Below, one piece after another: positions 13,260 to 26,527 of a stretch of DNA of 64,000 bases (its first letter is position 1; the number at the start of each line of letters is the position of its first letter). The stretch lies in contig OZ024762.1 in the NCBI GenBank assembly GCA_964016885.1, positions 20,646,001-20,710,000 on the forward strand, read 5' to 3'. Both the position numbers and the translations under genes were made by a program. Under the pieces are notes generated by a model that worked only from the letters and a program-made list of their open reading frames with translations, made no database searches and was not told where the DNA came from. Source of the stretch: Eledone cirrhosa (lineage: Eukaryota).

Positions 13260-13298
13260 TGAACAAGTACTTTCATGCTTTCGCAATCTTCAGGTTCA
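13260..13298 (-). ncRNA. Minimal type I hammerhead within a dispersed repeat (13143-13352)
   Basis: TGAAC-CTGAAGA-TTGC GAAA GCAT-GAAA-GTAC-TT^GTTCA; palindromic stem III AGTACT; identical at 20786-20824. Confidence 0.7.
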
Positions 13299-13953
13299 TA
13301 CGCACTGGTGAGAGTCAAGTTTGCAATTTTCAACTGTAATGAGATGGGTAAATTCTGTGCCTTGTGTGTATGTGTGCATGTGTGCATGTGTGCATTTGTA
13401 TGTGATTCTGTATGTGTGTATATGTGTGTGTGTGTGTGTGCATGTGTGCTTGTGTGTATGTGTGCATTTGGATGTGTGTGTGTGTCTATGTGTGACTATA
13501 TATATGTGCGTGTGTGTGTGTAGATGTGTGTGTGTGTCTATATATATATGAGTGTGTGGTGTGTGTAGATGTGTGTGTGTCTAAGTGTGTCTATATATAT
13601 GTGTGTGTGTGTAGATGTGTGTGTGTCTAAGTGTGTCTATATATATACATGTGAGTGTGTATCGTATTAAACAATGGCTGAATCACATATATATTCTATA
13701 TCAATTGTGATATCAAATTCACACATCTTGGCAAACATGAATTATTTAAATAATGTTTGAATAAATTTACTCATATTTAGGACAAAGTAGAGTGGAGGGG
13801 ACGGGGGGGGGTAAAAATAAATATAAAAATAAAAATAAAAATAAAAATAAAAATAAAAATAAAAATAAAAATAAAACAAATTTAGTCTTTTTAAAAATGA
13901 GGTCAATAGTGTTTGTCCAATACTTTATGGTTAATAGATGTACATGTGTTGTA

Positions 13954-13990
<37 letters not shown>

Positions 13991-14112
13991 TATGGAATAC
14001 TGTTGGCTTTTCGCTACAATGTTTTCTATACCTTTCATTTATATATATATATCATCATCATCATCATCGTTTAACGTCCATCTTCCATGCTTGTATGGGT
14101 TTGGTATATATG

Positions 14113-14147
<35 letters not shown>

Positions 14148-14163
14148 ATATATACATACATGA

Positions 14164-14747
14164 GAAAATATTGCTGCTGATCCTAATAAATGGAGAAAGA
14201 CTGTATATGAGGGAAAAGTTGCCTTTGAGGCATCTCGAATCGCATACGAGAAAGTAAAGCGGGATGTGAGGAAGGGCATTGCTGTTGCACTTCCAGACGG
14301 CGAGGGTCCTCCTATGGCGCAGACATGCAGCGTCTGTGCGAGACTCTGCCTAAGCAAAGCTGGACTCGAAAGTCATCTTCGCAGTCATAAAGTAAGACCA
14401 GTGGTTGACTACCAGGCTGCTGTTGGAGATGCTACTCATCATGCTTGCCAAGCATGTGGTAGAGAATGTAAATCAGCAGGAGGGCTCAAACGACATGCAA
14501 AAGTACATGAACTCCAACCACAGTCGGCTATTCCCAGTGAATGTTTTGGTTGCCGACTCTGTGCAAGACATTTTAGATCATTGGCTGGGCTAAAAAGCCA
14601 CATTCGATCGCAGCGCTGTTAGTTGCTATCGTGTGTGTGTGTGTATAGATATGTTTGTGTGTGTATATATATATATATGTATATTATTATTGTTGTTGTT
14701 GTCGTTATTATTATTGTTGTTATTATTATTATTGTTATTATTGTTAT

Positions 14748-14783
<36 letters not shown>

Positions 14784-14835
14784 TTTTTTTTTCTCGTGCA
14801 ATGGCCATACTCGATATCGAGGGGGCAGCCATCAT
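14164..14835 (+). mobile_element. 5'-truncated LINE 3' end (RTE-like) with three C2H2 zinc fingers
   Basis: Frame open 14164-14622: ENIAADPNKWRKTVYEG.. then CxxC..H motifs x3; 3' terminus TGGCCATACTCGATATCGAGGGGGCAGCCATCAT at 14801-14835, with a diverged minus copy at 17404-17445. Confidence 0.7.
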
Positions 14836-15099
14836 ATATATATATATATATAAATATATATATATAAATATATATATATAAATATATATATATAAAATAT
14901 ATATATAAATATGTATATATAAATATGTATACATAATATATATATAAATATATACATAATATATATATATAAATATACATATATATATAAATATATATAT
15001 ATACATATATATATAAATATATTTATATACATATGAATAGTCTCCAGTTAATTGATGTAAAATTGGTGCATATATAGAGATAGACTATATATATATATA

Positions 15100-15150
<51 letters not shown>

Positions 15151-15163
15151 GTTTATATATGTA

Positions 15164-15207
<44 letters not shown>

Positions 15208-15234
15208 TACATATATAAACATATACATACATAC

Positions 15235-15274
<40 letters not shown>

Positions 15275-15717
15275 TCTTGTTAATAGATGTACAAGTGGTA
15301 TGTATATTAGGCTCAAAAGTTGCAGCCTAAATATCCAATAGAATTGCTTTTTCTTTAAAAAAAAAAATAATAAAAATTACATAAAATTAAATAAACCAAT
15401 AAATAGCAATGATACCCCCCCCCCTCCACATTAAAAAAAAACATAAAAAAAAACCCAAACCCCTAAAAATAAAACAAAAGCACCAAAAAGTAACTGCCTC
15501 ACCTCCCCTAAAAAAAAAACAATACAAAAGACGAAAGGCAAAAAAAGGAATAAAAATTGACTCCTGCTTTTGAAATAAAAAATGAATACATAATTAATGG
15601 GCAAACAAATTAATTATGAAGGAAATATTTCTCTTAGGTTTAATGGAGATTTGTGGTGATAGTTCTTACATATGGTTTGTTTGGTTCATATAACACAGAG
15701 TTGTAAGGATGTTGTTG

Positions 15718-16775
15718 ATGGTATTGGTGGTGGTGGTGGTGGAGGTGGTGGTGGTGTTGTGGTCCTGGGATGGTGGTGGTGGGGTGGTGTTGTGGTCCTG
15801 GGATGATGGTGGTGGGGTGGTATTGTGGTCCTGGGATGGTGGTGGTGGGGTGGTATTGTGGTCCTGGGATGGTGGTGGTGGGGTGGTGTTGTGGTTGTGG
15901 GATGGTGGTGGAGGTGGTGGTGGTGTTGTGGTCCTGGGATGGTGGTGGTGGAGGTGGTGTTGTGGTCGTGGGATGGTGGTGGTGGAGGTGGTGGTGTTGT
16001 TGTGGTCCTGGGATGGTGGTGGTGGGGTGGTGTTGTGGTAGTGGGATGGTGGTGGTGGAGTGGTGGTGGAGGTGGTGGTGGTGTTGTGGTCCTGGGATGG
16101 TGGTGGTGGGGTGGTGTTGTGTTCGTGGGATGGTGGGGGTGATGGTGGTGGTGGTGGTGGTGGCTGTGGTGTTGTTGGTGGTGGTGGTGGTGGTGGTTGT
16201 GGCAACGGTGGGGGTGGTGTTGGTGGTGGTGGTAGTGTTGATGGTGGTGGTGGTGATGGTGGTGGTGGTGTTGATGGTGGTGGTGGTCCTGGGATGGTGG
16301 TGGTGGGGTGGTGTTGTGGTCGTGGGATGGTGGTGGTGGTGTTGATGGTGGTGGTGGTGGTGGTGGTGGTGGTTGTGGCGGCGGTGGTGGTGTTGATGGT
16401 GGTGGTGGTGGTGGTTGTGGCGGCGGTGGTGGTGTTGATGGTGGTGGTAGTGGTGGTGGTGGTTGTGGCGGCGGTGGTGGTGGTAGTGATGATTGTGGTG
16501 GTGGTGGTGATGGTTGTGGCGGCGGTGGTGGTGGTGGTGGTTCTTACATACGGTGGTCATTATGTTGATGATGGTTGTGGTGATGATGATGGTGGTGGAG
16601 GTGATAATGGCAGGGTGATGGTGGTGGTGGTGGTGGTGGTGGTGATGGAGATGATGATAGGGATGATGATGATGGTGGTCGTCATAGTGACGATGGTGGT
16701 CGTCATAGTGATGATGGTGGTGATGCTGATGATGAAGATGATGGTGATGATGATGAAGATGATGGAGATGATGAT
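15718..16775. repeat. (GGT)n-based minisatellite with GTCCTGGGATGG motif
   Basis: Direct inspection. Confidence 0.9.
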
Positions 16776-16875
16776 GGAACAAACTCCATCTCCGGTCACA
16801 TTCTTCTCTGCCTTCCAAACACCCCTCCTCCTCTCTTTAGTAGACTTTCCCACACATCTCCTCTTGTTTTGGACA

Positions 16876-17326
16876 CGACCCAACTAACAATCCTCCACAT
16901 GACCCAACTGACAATAATCTACGTGACCCAAATAGCAATCTCCCTCATGATCCAACTAACAATCATTTCCATGACCCATTTAACAATGTCCCCACATGAC
17001 CCTAATAACAATCCTCTCAGTGACCCATTTATCAATCATTTACATGACCCAACTAACAATCCCCCACATGACCCAACAAACAATCATCTACATGGTCCAA
17101 CTATCTATCCACTACATAGTCCAACAATCCACTACATGACCCTACATACAATCTTCTACTTGACCCAACTAACAATCCTATCCATGACCCAACTAACAAT
17201 CTTCTCCATGACCCAACTAACAATCCCCTATATGACCCAACTAACAATCCCCTATATGACCCAACTAACAATCCTCTATATGACCCAACTAACAATCCCC
17301 TACATGGTCCAACTAACAATCCTCTC
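16876..17326. repeat. 24-bp minisatellite (ATGACCCAACTAACAATCCCCTAT)
   Basis: About 19 degenerate units. Confidence 0.9.
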
Positions 17327-18960
17327 CATACACACACATACACACATACACATACATACATACATACATACATACATACATACATACATACATACATACA
17401 TACATGGTGGCTGCCCCCTCGTTATCAAGTATGGCCACTGTATGATATAACATTATTAATAATTATTAATTAATTCTATCATGCAATGCCGGTGCATGAA
17501 GATTTTTTTTAAATGAGGAAAGAAGACTGTGCACTGAGCCAATCCCACTCTCTGAGCGACAGGAGCTATAACCCCCGAAAAGAAGAAAAGATCAACATCA
17601 TTGGTAATTACTGAGCCGCAGGTTTTATATTGGAGTTATTTCAGTTTCCTGAGTTACCTTCTCCTAGAAGAATGCCCTGACAAAGGCTAGGGGTCCTTCA
17701 CTCCCAGTGGTTTAATTGCGCGATTGGGTATCCAGCCCGATTATTTCTATGTCCCTGTGCATATACATACATATGCATACATGTATATACATATATACAT
17801 ATACATATATACATAAATACACATGCATACATGTATATAGATATTTACACATTTTGGGATGGCCGTTGACTCTTATGAGTTCTTCCGCCCTTTGTCAGGT
17901 TTTGTTTTTTGTCCTGCAGAGTGTCCAAAATCACCCTCCTCACCAAGTAAACTTGGTTGGGTTGCCAGTTTAGTCAGTGACGATCCAACCATGCGACAGG
18001 TTGTTCTGGGTTACATGTTACCTGTAGCACTCAAGAATGACCCGACATAATACATACATACATATATACATAAATTCATACATGTGAAATTATAAAACCA
18101 GAAGAACATACATACATACACACACACATAAGTAGTTAAAACAAGCTATATATGGTTAAAGCTGGTTATAAGTAGTTAACGGAAGTTCAACAGAAAACAA
18201 GGATAGACAATTTGGGTCAGATAATATATTTTCAAAAATATCTCCAGGATATAAAATAAACCAAAATAATAATAATATAAACAGGAAAATAAAGTTCTAA
18301 AAGAAATATTCAAAATTGTTGAACAACAACAACAACAGTGGCAGCAAAATTCCTCATTTTTTTTTTTACCCCCCTACCAATAATTTCAAATGATAAATAT
18401 TCTGAGAATAAGTCTTAAAGATTAATCTTACAAAATATCTTTAACCTTTGTAATCAATCAAAGATATTTTGGAAAAGTTTCAATTATGTAAAAAAAAAAA
18501 TAAAAAACAATGTTATCATAGAAGAAGAAAAAAATTGTCTAAACTTAGAACTTGGTATGAGTTAAAATTCACAGTTGCAGTTGGTTAAATTGATAGAATG
18601 TTGACCTATCAACTGCAGGGTCAACAGTTCTAATCTAGGCTCAGGAACTGGGTTTTGCTTTGTCTCCATTGCCGAAATGTTTGGCTCTCACTGGTTTACT
18701 ATAATTAGACATAAATAGATGTTTATGAGAAGAGAAACCCTTCACAGGAATGGAATGGCTGTGGGGTTAACTTGTATGATTTGTAAGCCTCTTGCTTCCA
18801 GGGTTTAATCCCAATCCCACTGGCATGGAACCTGGGGTACGTGTCTTCTACCATAGGCCGTAGACATTAGCGTATTGTTCCTATCACTTTTGGGGGTACA
18901 GGCGTTCATAATTTTCCAACAAAAATATTTCTGCATGCCAATCATTGTTATAACATCATT

Positions 18961-19152
18961 GGTGGATTGGCAGTATCGGTAGAGGATCTGACGCCATGCT
19001 TTGCAGCATAGAGTTACGTCCCTTTACGGTTCCAGTTAAAATCTCGCCGAGGTTAACTTTGCCTTTCATCCTTACGGGGGGTCGATAAAATAAAGTACCA
19101 GTAATGCACTGGGGTAATTGTTGGCCTTGTGCCAAAAGTAGAAATAATTATT
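18961..19152 (+). mobile_element. SINE family B, full length
   Basis: tRNA-like head TGGCAGTATCGG, Nin-like domain, AGTAGAAATAATTATT tail. Confidence 0.85.
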
Positions 19153-19337
19153 ATGACAGCTTTATTCATTATTTTATTGTAAATATTTTATTATGTTTTA
19201 TGTAATTAAAATATACGAGCAAAGTATACAATATTTTTTGAAAATTTATGAATTTTCCGACAAAAATTTTTTAGTGTCCACCAATTGTAGCCATAGCTGT
19301 GTTGTTAGGTCGTTTGGTGAGCAAGCCTACTGCAACC

Positions 19338-19637
19338 AGTGTTTGATTTAGACCTTCGGAGGTCTGGGGCACTTCAAGTTTGGGAGGCCCTTCAGACACA
19401 AAAAATTAGAATACGCAGCAAAGCCCCCAATTTAACATCTCAAAGTTAGCTTGGAGCAAGTAATTGGAATTCTAAAGTTATACATACAGGTATTAAATTT
19501 AAAAATTCTAACCATCCTAAAACTAAAAAGCCCAGCTGAGGGCACAAATAAATTGCTACGGCCGTCACTGGTGGGGGCCCCTAATGCAGGGAGCCCACGA
19601 CAATTGCCCTCTTTGCCCTCCATTAAATCCGGCCATG
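19338..19637. mobile_element. Degenerate hAT-like MITE inserted in an old SINE head
   Basis: Ends CAGTGTTTGATTTA / TAAATCCGGCCATG; flanks rejoin into a SINE-like head. Confidence 0.4.
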
Positions 19638-19910
19638 CTTGCATCCAGGTTCAATGCCAATCCCACTAAATGGAGTCTTGTGTAAGTGTCTTCCACCATA
19701 GTCTGTAGCTATAGCTGTATGGTTAAGAAGTTTGTTTCCCAAACACATGGTTTAGGGTTCAGTCCTACAGGCCATAATTCTATATGATTGGATGGCCATC
19801 TATGGAAGTACGGCCATTTAAATATAACATAATCTTTATGTGAGGGCTGTTTTGTTTTAATACCTATGTGAATGGCGTTAAATTTGTATCTAAATCTACA
19901 AATCATTTGC

Positions 19911-19968
<58 letters not shown>

Positions 19969-20083
19969 TATATTAATTATTAAAATAACAGATTAAAGTT
20001 TAAGCAAAGAATCGCTGCTTTCACCCTTAACGGGATCTTCTGAAATCCTCTTTGGATTTTAGTCTTCAAATTTATTATTATAC

Positions 20084-20122
<39 letters not shown>

Positions 20123-20785
20123 CTCTCTCTCTCCATCTCTATCCATCTGCTCGTGTTCGATCTGGTTTCACATGTCATAAACCCCTTTTGGATTATCTCC
20201 CTTTCCCTTCTCCCTCTCACTTCCGGTTTCTTCGTATTTCTCTCCTTCTCTCTACACTCACTTTGCTGAGATCGCATGGAAAAACCTCGCTCTGCAGTTA
20301 TATTGACCATAGGACTTAAGTCCAATCGGTTCGTTGTAACTTATTCTATTTTCTCCTCGGTTACTCACTTGCATGCGCCATTGTCCTGTGTCCACCCTCC
20401 ATTCAGTTAGTTTACTTTGTTTTTTCCCCTTTCCTTTTTTTCTCTTTCTCCCTCTCCCTTCACTATCTCTTCTCCTCCTCAGGGCCTTGGGCGCGCTGCT
20501 GATCGATTTCGATGTCCTGTTTTAAGTGCTGAAACATCTATGATCTGCAATTAACAGCTGATGAAGGGTTTCTTCTCTTGTTCCGTCCATATTACCATGT
20601 TACACTTTGTTTACAGTAACCACACAGCCTGCTTCGTTTCTTGTAATTACATATATATATATATATTAATAAGAGGAATTCCAACTTTGTCTGATTTACT
20701 CGTTTTATTTACAATCCTTTAAAATATATATAATATGGTATTATAATGAAATAGTATGATAGAATATTAAATTCTAAGTGTTAAT

Positions 20786-20824
20786 TGAACAAGTACTTTC
20801 ATGCTTTCGCAATCTTCAGGTTCA
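20786..20824 (-). ncRNA. Minimal type I hammerhead (second copy; repeat 20664-20880)
   Basis: Identical core and stems to 13260-13298. Confidence 0.7.
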
Positions 20825-21233
20825 TGATATGTGGTGACAGTCGAGTTTGCAATTTTCAACTGTAATGAGATGGGTAAATTTCCTACCTTTTATACATTTT
20901 ATACAGAGAAAAGTGGCTCCAGAATGCAAAGCCCTGTAAACTGTATTTCGACCAAGCAGTGTGTAGTTTCACTGAATTACTACAGCTGATTGGTTTAAGC
21001 GTCACGGCTGGTTGAGCATGCTAACGACCAATAGTCATATCCAACGTATCAATTGTTTTGCTTTTTGAAATGATGAAAATAGCATTTTCTATTAATCATC
21101 ACCATCAACATCACTTTTATTATTATTATTATTGTTGTTGTTGTTGTTGTTAGTGGTCGTGGTCATAGTGGTAGTAGAAGTAATACCCCTAGGCGTTATT
21201 ATTGTTCATATCTCTCTCTCTCTCTCTCTCTCT

Positions 21234-21280
<47 letters not shown>

Positions 21281-21283
<3 letters not shown>

Positions 21284-22172
21284 AAACAAGCACCACCAAA
21301 CTCTGGGAGCACTCTGTAGAAAGAGTAGACAGCTTTTGCTACCTAGGTGACCGAATTAGCAGCGGAGGTGGGTGTTCGGAAAGTACAGTAGCCAGGGTAA
21401 GAACGAGATGGAAGAAGTTTAGGGAGCTACTGCCACTGCTAGCTGCAAAAAGCTTTTCCCTCAAAATGAAAGGCAGACTGTATGATGTATGCATACGAAC
21501 AGCAATGTTACATGGTAGTGAGACCTGGGAGTTGTGTGTAGAAGACTTCCGTAGATTAGAAAGAAACGAAGCTTGCATGCTCCGATGGATGTGTAATAGT
21601 AATATACATGAACGGCAAAGCATAAACGAATTGAGAGAGAGACTGAGCATAAGCGGAATCAAATGCTGTGTGTAGGAGAGGAGGTTGCGTTGGTATGGAC
21701 ATGTGATGTCTATGAAGGATGACAGCTGCATAAAAACGTGCAGAGCACTAGAAGTCAATGGAAGCTGTGGAGTGGGGAGACCCAAGAAGACTTCGGATGA
21801 GGTGATAAAACCCGACCTTACCCAATTGCACCTCTCAAAAGCGATGACACAGGACCATGACCTCTGGCATCACGCAGTTATACAGAAGACCCGACTTCCC
21901 ACGGCTACAAGCCGAAACTGAAGCATATAGACAATATGCCGCCACCCCCTCTCACTGCAAAGTGGTCATGGAGGTGCCATGGAAAAAAAGCACCCAGCAC
22001 TCACAGTAAATTAGGTTGATGTTAGGAAGGGCATCCAGCTGTAGAAATCAAACCAAAATCAGTTCGCATATGAGCAAGACAAGGAAAGCCGACCGGGCAC
22101 TGCTGACAACAGGACAACCCATCTAACCCATGCTAGCGTGGAAAAATGGACGTAAAACGGTGATGATGATGA
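21281..22172 (+). mobile_element. 5'-truncated RTE LINE family B with SINE-like 3' UTR
   Basis: ERVDSFCYLGD..WKKFRELLPLL..LHGSETW..RLRWYGHV..GRPKKT; in-frame stop at 21673; UTR carries SINE-A module and tail B with (GAT)n. Confidence 0.9.
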
Positions 22173-22217
<45 letters not shown>

Positions 22218-23677
22218 TACACATATATGTATGTAAAAAAAAGGTAAACAGAAATAAAAAAATAACAAAACAAACACCACAGAAGGAATATATTAGTTTA
22301 AAGCTTGAAATAGCAGGAAGAGGGTCATAACGTTTCAGACGCTAGTCCTTCATCAGAAGAAAGAATGAGAAATTAAAGAAGAAATAGAAAGATTGAGGAG
22401 ATGGGCATTGCAGAAATGAGAAACAAATTTTTAGAGAAAAATAACACGTCAATTCATGTTGCCATCTCTTGGAAAACTGTTGAAAAGTTATATGTTTTAT
22501 ATAAGTGTGTGTATGTGTGTGAGAGAAAGAGAGAGGGAGAGGGGGATAATTTAGTGGCCAGACAAAAAGCAATCAATAAAATAAAATAAATACCAGACTT
22601 GAAAAATAACTACTGAGGATCGACATGGTTGACTAAATGTGTTCGATGTGCCCCAGAATGACCACAGGCCAATGACTGAAACCAATAATAGAATACAACA
22701 ATATAAATAAATGAATCACAGTTGTTCAACAGACTAAATGGTTTACCGTCGTAGTTAATTTTGTTTTCTATGTCTATTTGAGATAAGTTGATGTTAATAA
22801 GGTTATAATATTTCATAATATTCACTTCATCTTTATAGATGAAAGATTTATTTTTTTATTTTTTCAAATATTTACATCAACACTAGGTTTTCAGTTGAAG
22901 ATCAAACTAATCAAAATATTATGTAGATATAAATATAGTGAAAATAGATTTCTCAAATCTAAAGATAGGTCAGTGGACCCCAAAGTTTATAATCTTGATA
23001 TATTATATTTTATATATATATTTTTAATATTGTTTTTTATTTATTTGTGTAGTAGTTCTTCTTCTTCTTTGCCTTCTTCTTCTTCTTCTTCTTCTTTTCT
23101 TCTTCTTCACCCATTTATTCCTGAGAGGGTCAGCAGGGAGTGGGGAAGAGTCCTTAAACACACCTTCCAGTGGGTCCTGTCAGAAGCAACTGTCTCCAAC
23201 TGTAAAGTAGTCATGTAGATCTCATAACAAAAAGCTCCCAATACACACTATAAATGTGGTTGGTGCTATGAAGGGCATCCAACTGTAGAAACCAAGCCAA
23301 AATCAGTTCTGTATGAGCAAAACATAGTCATCTGACTTGGCTTGTCTCTTAATGAGACAACTCGTCTAACCCATACTAGCATGGAAAATTGGAAGTTAAA
23401 CGGTGATGATGATAGTGATGATTATATCAATCTATCTCTCTCTCTATATATATATATATTTTTTTTTTAAATATTTATTTTTAATTTTTTTTTTCTTTGC
23501 GCTTTTACTGATGAAGGGCAAATGCCCAATGTGTTAACTATGTAAAACTCACTCTTTTTGCTAATACTACTTTATGTTACTGCATCCTCTTGTTTGTTCG
23601 GTTATTGTTTCCTTAATTTGTATACATATATATATATATATATTGTGGTTTTCTTGAAGCAATGTGGAGCTTTCTTG

Positions 23678-24040
23678 AAGCCCTACAATGCATAAAAGAT
23701 TAAAGGTGCCAAAGTAATAGGTATTATAGAGGAAAGAATGAGGACGATAGAATTTTACCTTAGCAAATTTAATTATCTCAAATATTTTGTGGTTTAAAAC
23801 CCTATTATCAAGAGAGAATCCATGTGTAGGTCTTCAAAGAGCGATCGGAGATGAGTTGTTTGGCTGGCAGATTTAATTTGAACACCTACACATGGGTCTG
23901 CTCTTGATAATGGGTTTTTAAACCCAAAAATATTTGAGATAATTAAATTTCCTAAGGTAAAATTCTATTGTCCTCATTCTTTCCTCTGTAACACCTATTA
24001 CTTTGACATCTTTAATCTTGTACGCATTATAGGGCTTTTA
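23678..24040. repeat. Older diverged fold-back (~160-bp arms) with decayed HHR core
   Basis: Arms ~23678-23838/23877-24040; TTGATAA-TGGGTTT TT AAACCCA-AAAA resembles CTGATGA..GAAA. Confidence 0.7.
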
Positions 24041-24059
24041 AACTTATTTAAATTTGTAT

Positions 24060-24400
24060 TCATCATCATCATCATCATTTTACGTCTGCTTTTCTCTGCT
24101 TGCAAGGGTGGGACAGGAACTGATTCTGGCTTGATTTCTACAGCTGCATGCCCTTCCTAACACCAACCTCATTTACAGTGAGTGCTGGGTGCTTTTTTGC
24201 CGTGGCACCTTCACGACCACTTTGCAGTGGAATGATAGGGACCGCAGTCCTATCATCTCATTTCTACAGCTGAGTAAACTGGAGCAATGTGAAATAAAGT
24301 GTCTTGCTCAAGGAAACAACACATCACCTGGTCTGAGAATTGAACTCACAACCTTTTGATTGCAAGCCCAATGCTCTAACCACTAAGCCATGTGCCTCCA
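24060..24400 (-). mobile_element. SINE family A, full length
   Basis: Reverse complement match including head. Confidence 0.9.
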
Positions 24401-24426
24401 TTATTATATATATATATTCTATATAT

Positions 24427-24790
24427 ATATCACCATCATCATTTTACGTCCGCTTTTCCCTGCTTGCAAGGGTGGGACGGGTCCTATTCAGCACAGCATC
24501 TCTCCACTTGCCATGGTCCTTCGACATCTCCTCCGTGAGCTTCAGCAATCTGAGGTCAGCTCTCACCACCTCCGCCCATAATTTTTGTGGTCTTCCTCTA
24601 CTGCATCTTCCTTCCACTGGGATTTCTTGGCATTTCTTTACCCAGCGGTCATCCTCCATGCGCATCACATGTCCATAGCAACACAGTCTTCTCTCCCACA
24701 CACTACAGCTTATCCCTTTTATACACAGTTTATCTCTCAACTCGTCTATGCTTGGTCGTTCACACACATTGACATTGCACATCCAACGGA
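24427..24790 (-). mobile_element. RTE LINE family A 3' fragment
   Basis: Translation nearly matches the C-terminus of ORF 61415-62896. Confidence 0.9.
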
Positions 24791-24937
24791 TTATATATAT
24801 ATATATATAAAGTCAAAAGTAGAAGATATATACATGAGAGAAAAAGAACCATATATCCTGAGAAGACACGGTATATTGTATATATACTAAATACATATTG
24901 GAGAGAAAAACATGTAGTCAAGATGGAATCAAAAGTG

Positions 24938-25060
24938 ACCCTATGGTGCCATTTCGTGAACAGTAAACTATGATTTAAAATCGATCTATGTGAATGGATA
25001 TCGATCACAAACTATCGCTTATAATTAAACCACAGCAGACTCAGAAAACTCGTCAGGGGT
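24938..25060 (-). ncRNA. Type I hammerhead with ~94-nt extended stem II
   Basis: ACCC-CTGACGA-G..CTGTGGTTTAA..TTAAATCATAG..C-GAAA-TGG CA CCA-TA^GGGT; lies between inverted repeats ~24835-24910/25160-25235. Confidence 0.6.
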
Positions 25061-25387
25061 GTCATCTTTAGCATTCTAATGGAAAAATAGAACCAAAAGA
25101 AGTAGTATATAAAGCAATATACTTGCAGATATGTAATTTGATTGATTCCATTTGAGTACATGTTCTTCTCTGTAATATTTATTTAGTATATATACAATAT
25201 ACTGTGACTTCTCTAGATATATGGTTCTTTCTCTCTCTCTCCTTCTCTCTCTTTCTCTCTCCATATATATATCTTCAACATTTGACTTAATATTGCTCAG
25301 GATAATGTCTATTGAACTAATTTATTGAGAAACACATAATTCTAACATACTTATTATGTTACATTTGTATATATATATATATATATA

Positions 25388-25651
25388 GAATAAGGAAAAG
25401 CGAAGTAGTTTCAGATGTTCAAGTCTTTTAATAATAATAATGCTGTGATATATATTTCAATGGCGACAGTGGCCGCACTGTTCTGTGAGGCCACTGTCGC
25501 CATTGAAATATATATCACAGCATTATTATTATTAAAAGACTTGAACATCTGAAACTACTTCGCTTTTCCTTATTCGATATTTACTCCGTCACTCCTATGT
25601 GGAAAAAGTACGTTGAGTGCTTGAATTGAATTGCATCAATGTTTACCCTAA

Positions 25652-25655
<4 letters not shown>
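25388..25655. mobile_element. Fold-back element (87-bp perfect arms plus tail)
   Basis: Arms 25388-25474/25489-25575; contains GAAA-TATATA-TC^ACAG; flanked by (TA)n. Confidence 0.8.
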
Positions 25656-25718
<63 letters not shown>

Positions 25719-25739
25719 TATATATATATATATATATAT

Positions 25740-25790
25740 ACTAGCAGAATGGCCTGGCATTGCTCGGGATTTGCTCTAGGGTTCTTATAT
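25740..25790 (-). mobile_element. Helitron-like 3' end fragment (similar at 40738-40790)
   Basis: Minus strand GC hairpin followed by CTAG|T. Confidence 0.45.
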
Positions 25791-25792
25791 AT

Positions 25793-26270
25793 TTGCAGTT
25801 TCTCCCTGCGTACGAAAGGCCGGTAATATGATGCCTGTGTGAGGAGCGCGATGCTGCATGGTAGTGAGACATGGGCAGCAACTGTAGAGGATATGCGATG
25901 GCTGGAGAGAATTGAGGCAAACATGCTCCGTTGGATGTGCAATGTCAATGTGCGTGAGAGAAACTGTGTCTGAGAGGGATAGGTTGTAGTGTGCGGGAGA
26001 GAAGACTGCGATGGTATGGACATGTGATGCGCATGGAGGATGACCGATGGGTGAAGAAGTGCCAAGAAGTGCCAGGAAATGCCAGTTGAAGGAAGACGGA
26101 GTAGAGGTAGACCACGAAAAACAAGGGCGGAGGTGGTGAGACCTCAGATCGCTGAAGCTCACGGTGGAGATGACGAAGGACCGTGACAAGTGGAGAGATT
26201 CTGTGTCGAATAGGACCCATCCCACCCTTGCAAGCAGGGAAAAGTGGATGTAAAATGATGATGATGATGA
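25793..26270 (+). mobile_element. RTE LINE family A 3' fragment
   Basis: High identity to reverse complement of 61388-61890; (ATG)n tail. Confidence 0.9.
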
Positions 26271-26357
26271 TATATATATATATATATATGCATACACACA
26301 CATATATATATATATATACATATATATTTATATATATTGGGTATCCTAATTAAAGAT

Positions 26358-26428
26358 TTCTATCTGATGAACGATCTCAGACGCCTCTGTTAGAATTGTC
26401 TGCCTTTGTGAAACCTTGGGTAATGGAA
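26358..26428 (+). ncRNA. Type I hammerhead (family of 32794-32871)
   Basis: TTCTAT-CTGATGA-..-GAAAC-CTTGG-GTA^ATGGAA; downstream 26430-26520 homologous to reverse complement of 32700-32795. Confidence 0.6.
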
Positions 26429-26527
26429 TAATTATATTGTGTTGTTTATTATATAATTAAATAGCTCTGTACTATACATAGAGCACTCTTCTTTCCTTTA
26501 CCTTTTCCACGGAAATACTTAACACAT

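Noticed and set aside
22325-23550. Additional hammerhead-like cores (22325-, 23508+, and also 20020-, 20558+, 40970-, 41795+)
   Set aside because: Core or stems are incomplete or mutated; probably decayed relatives, so not called as ribozymes
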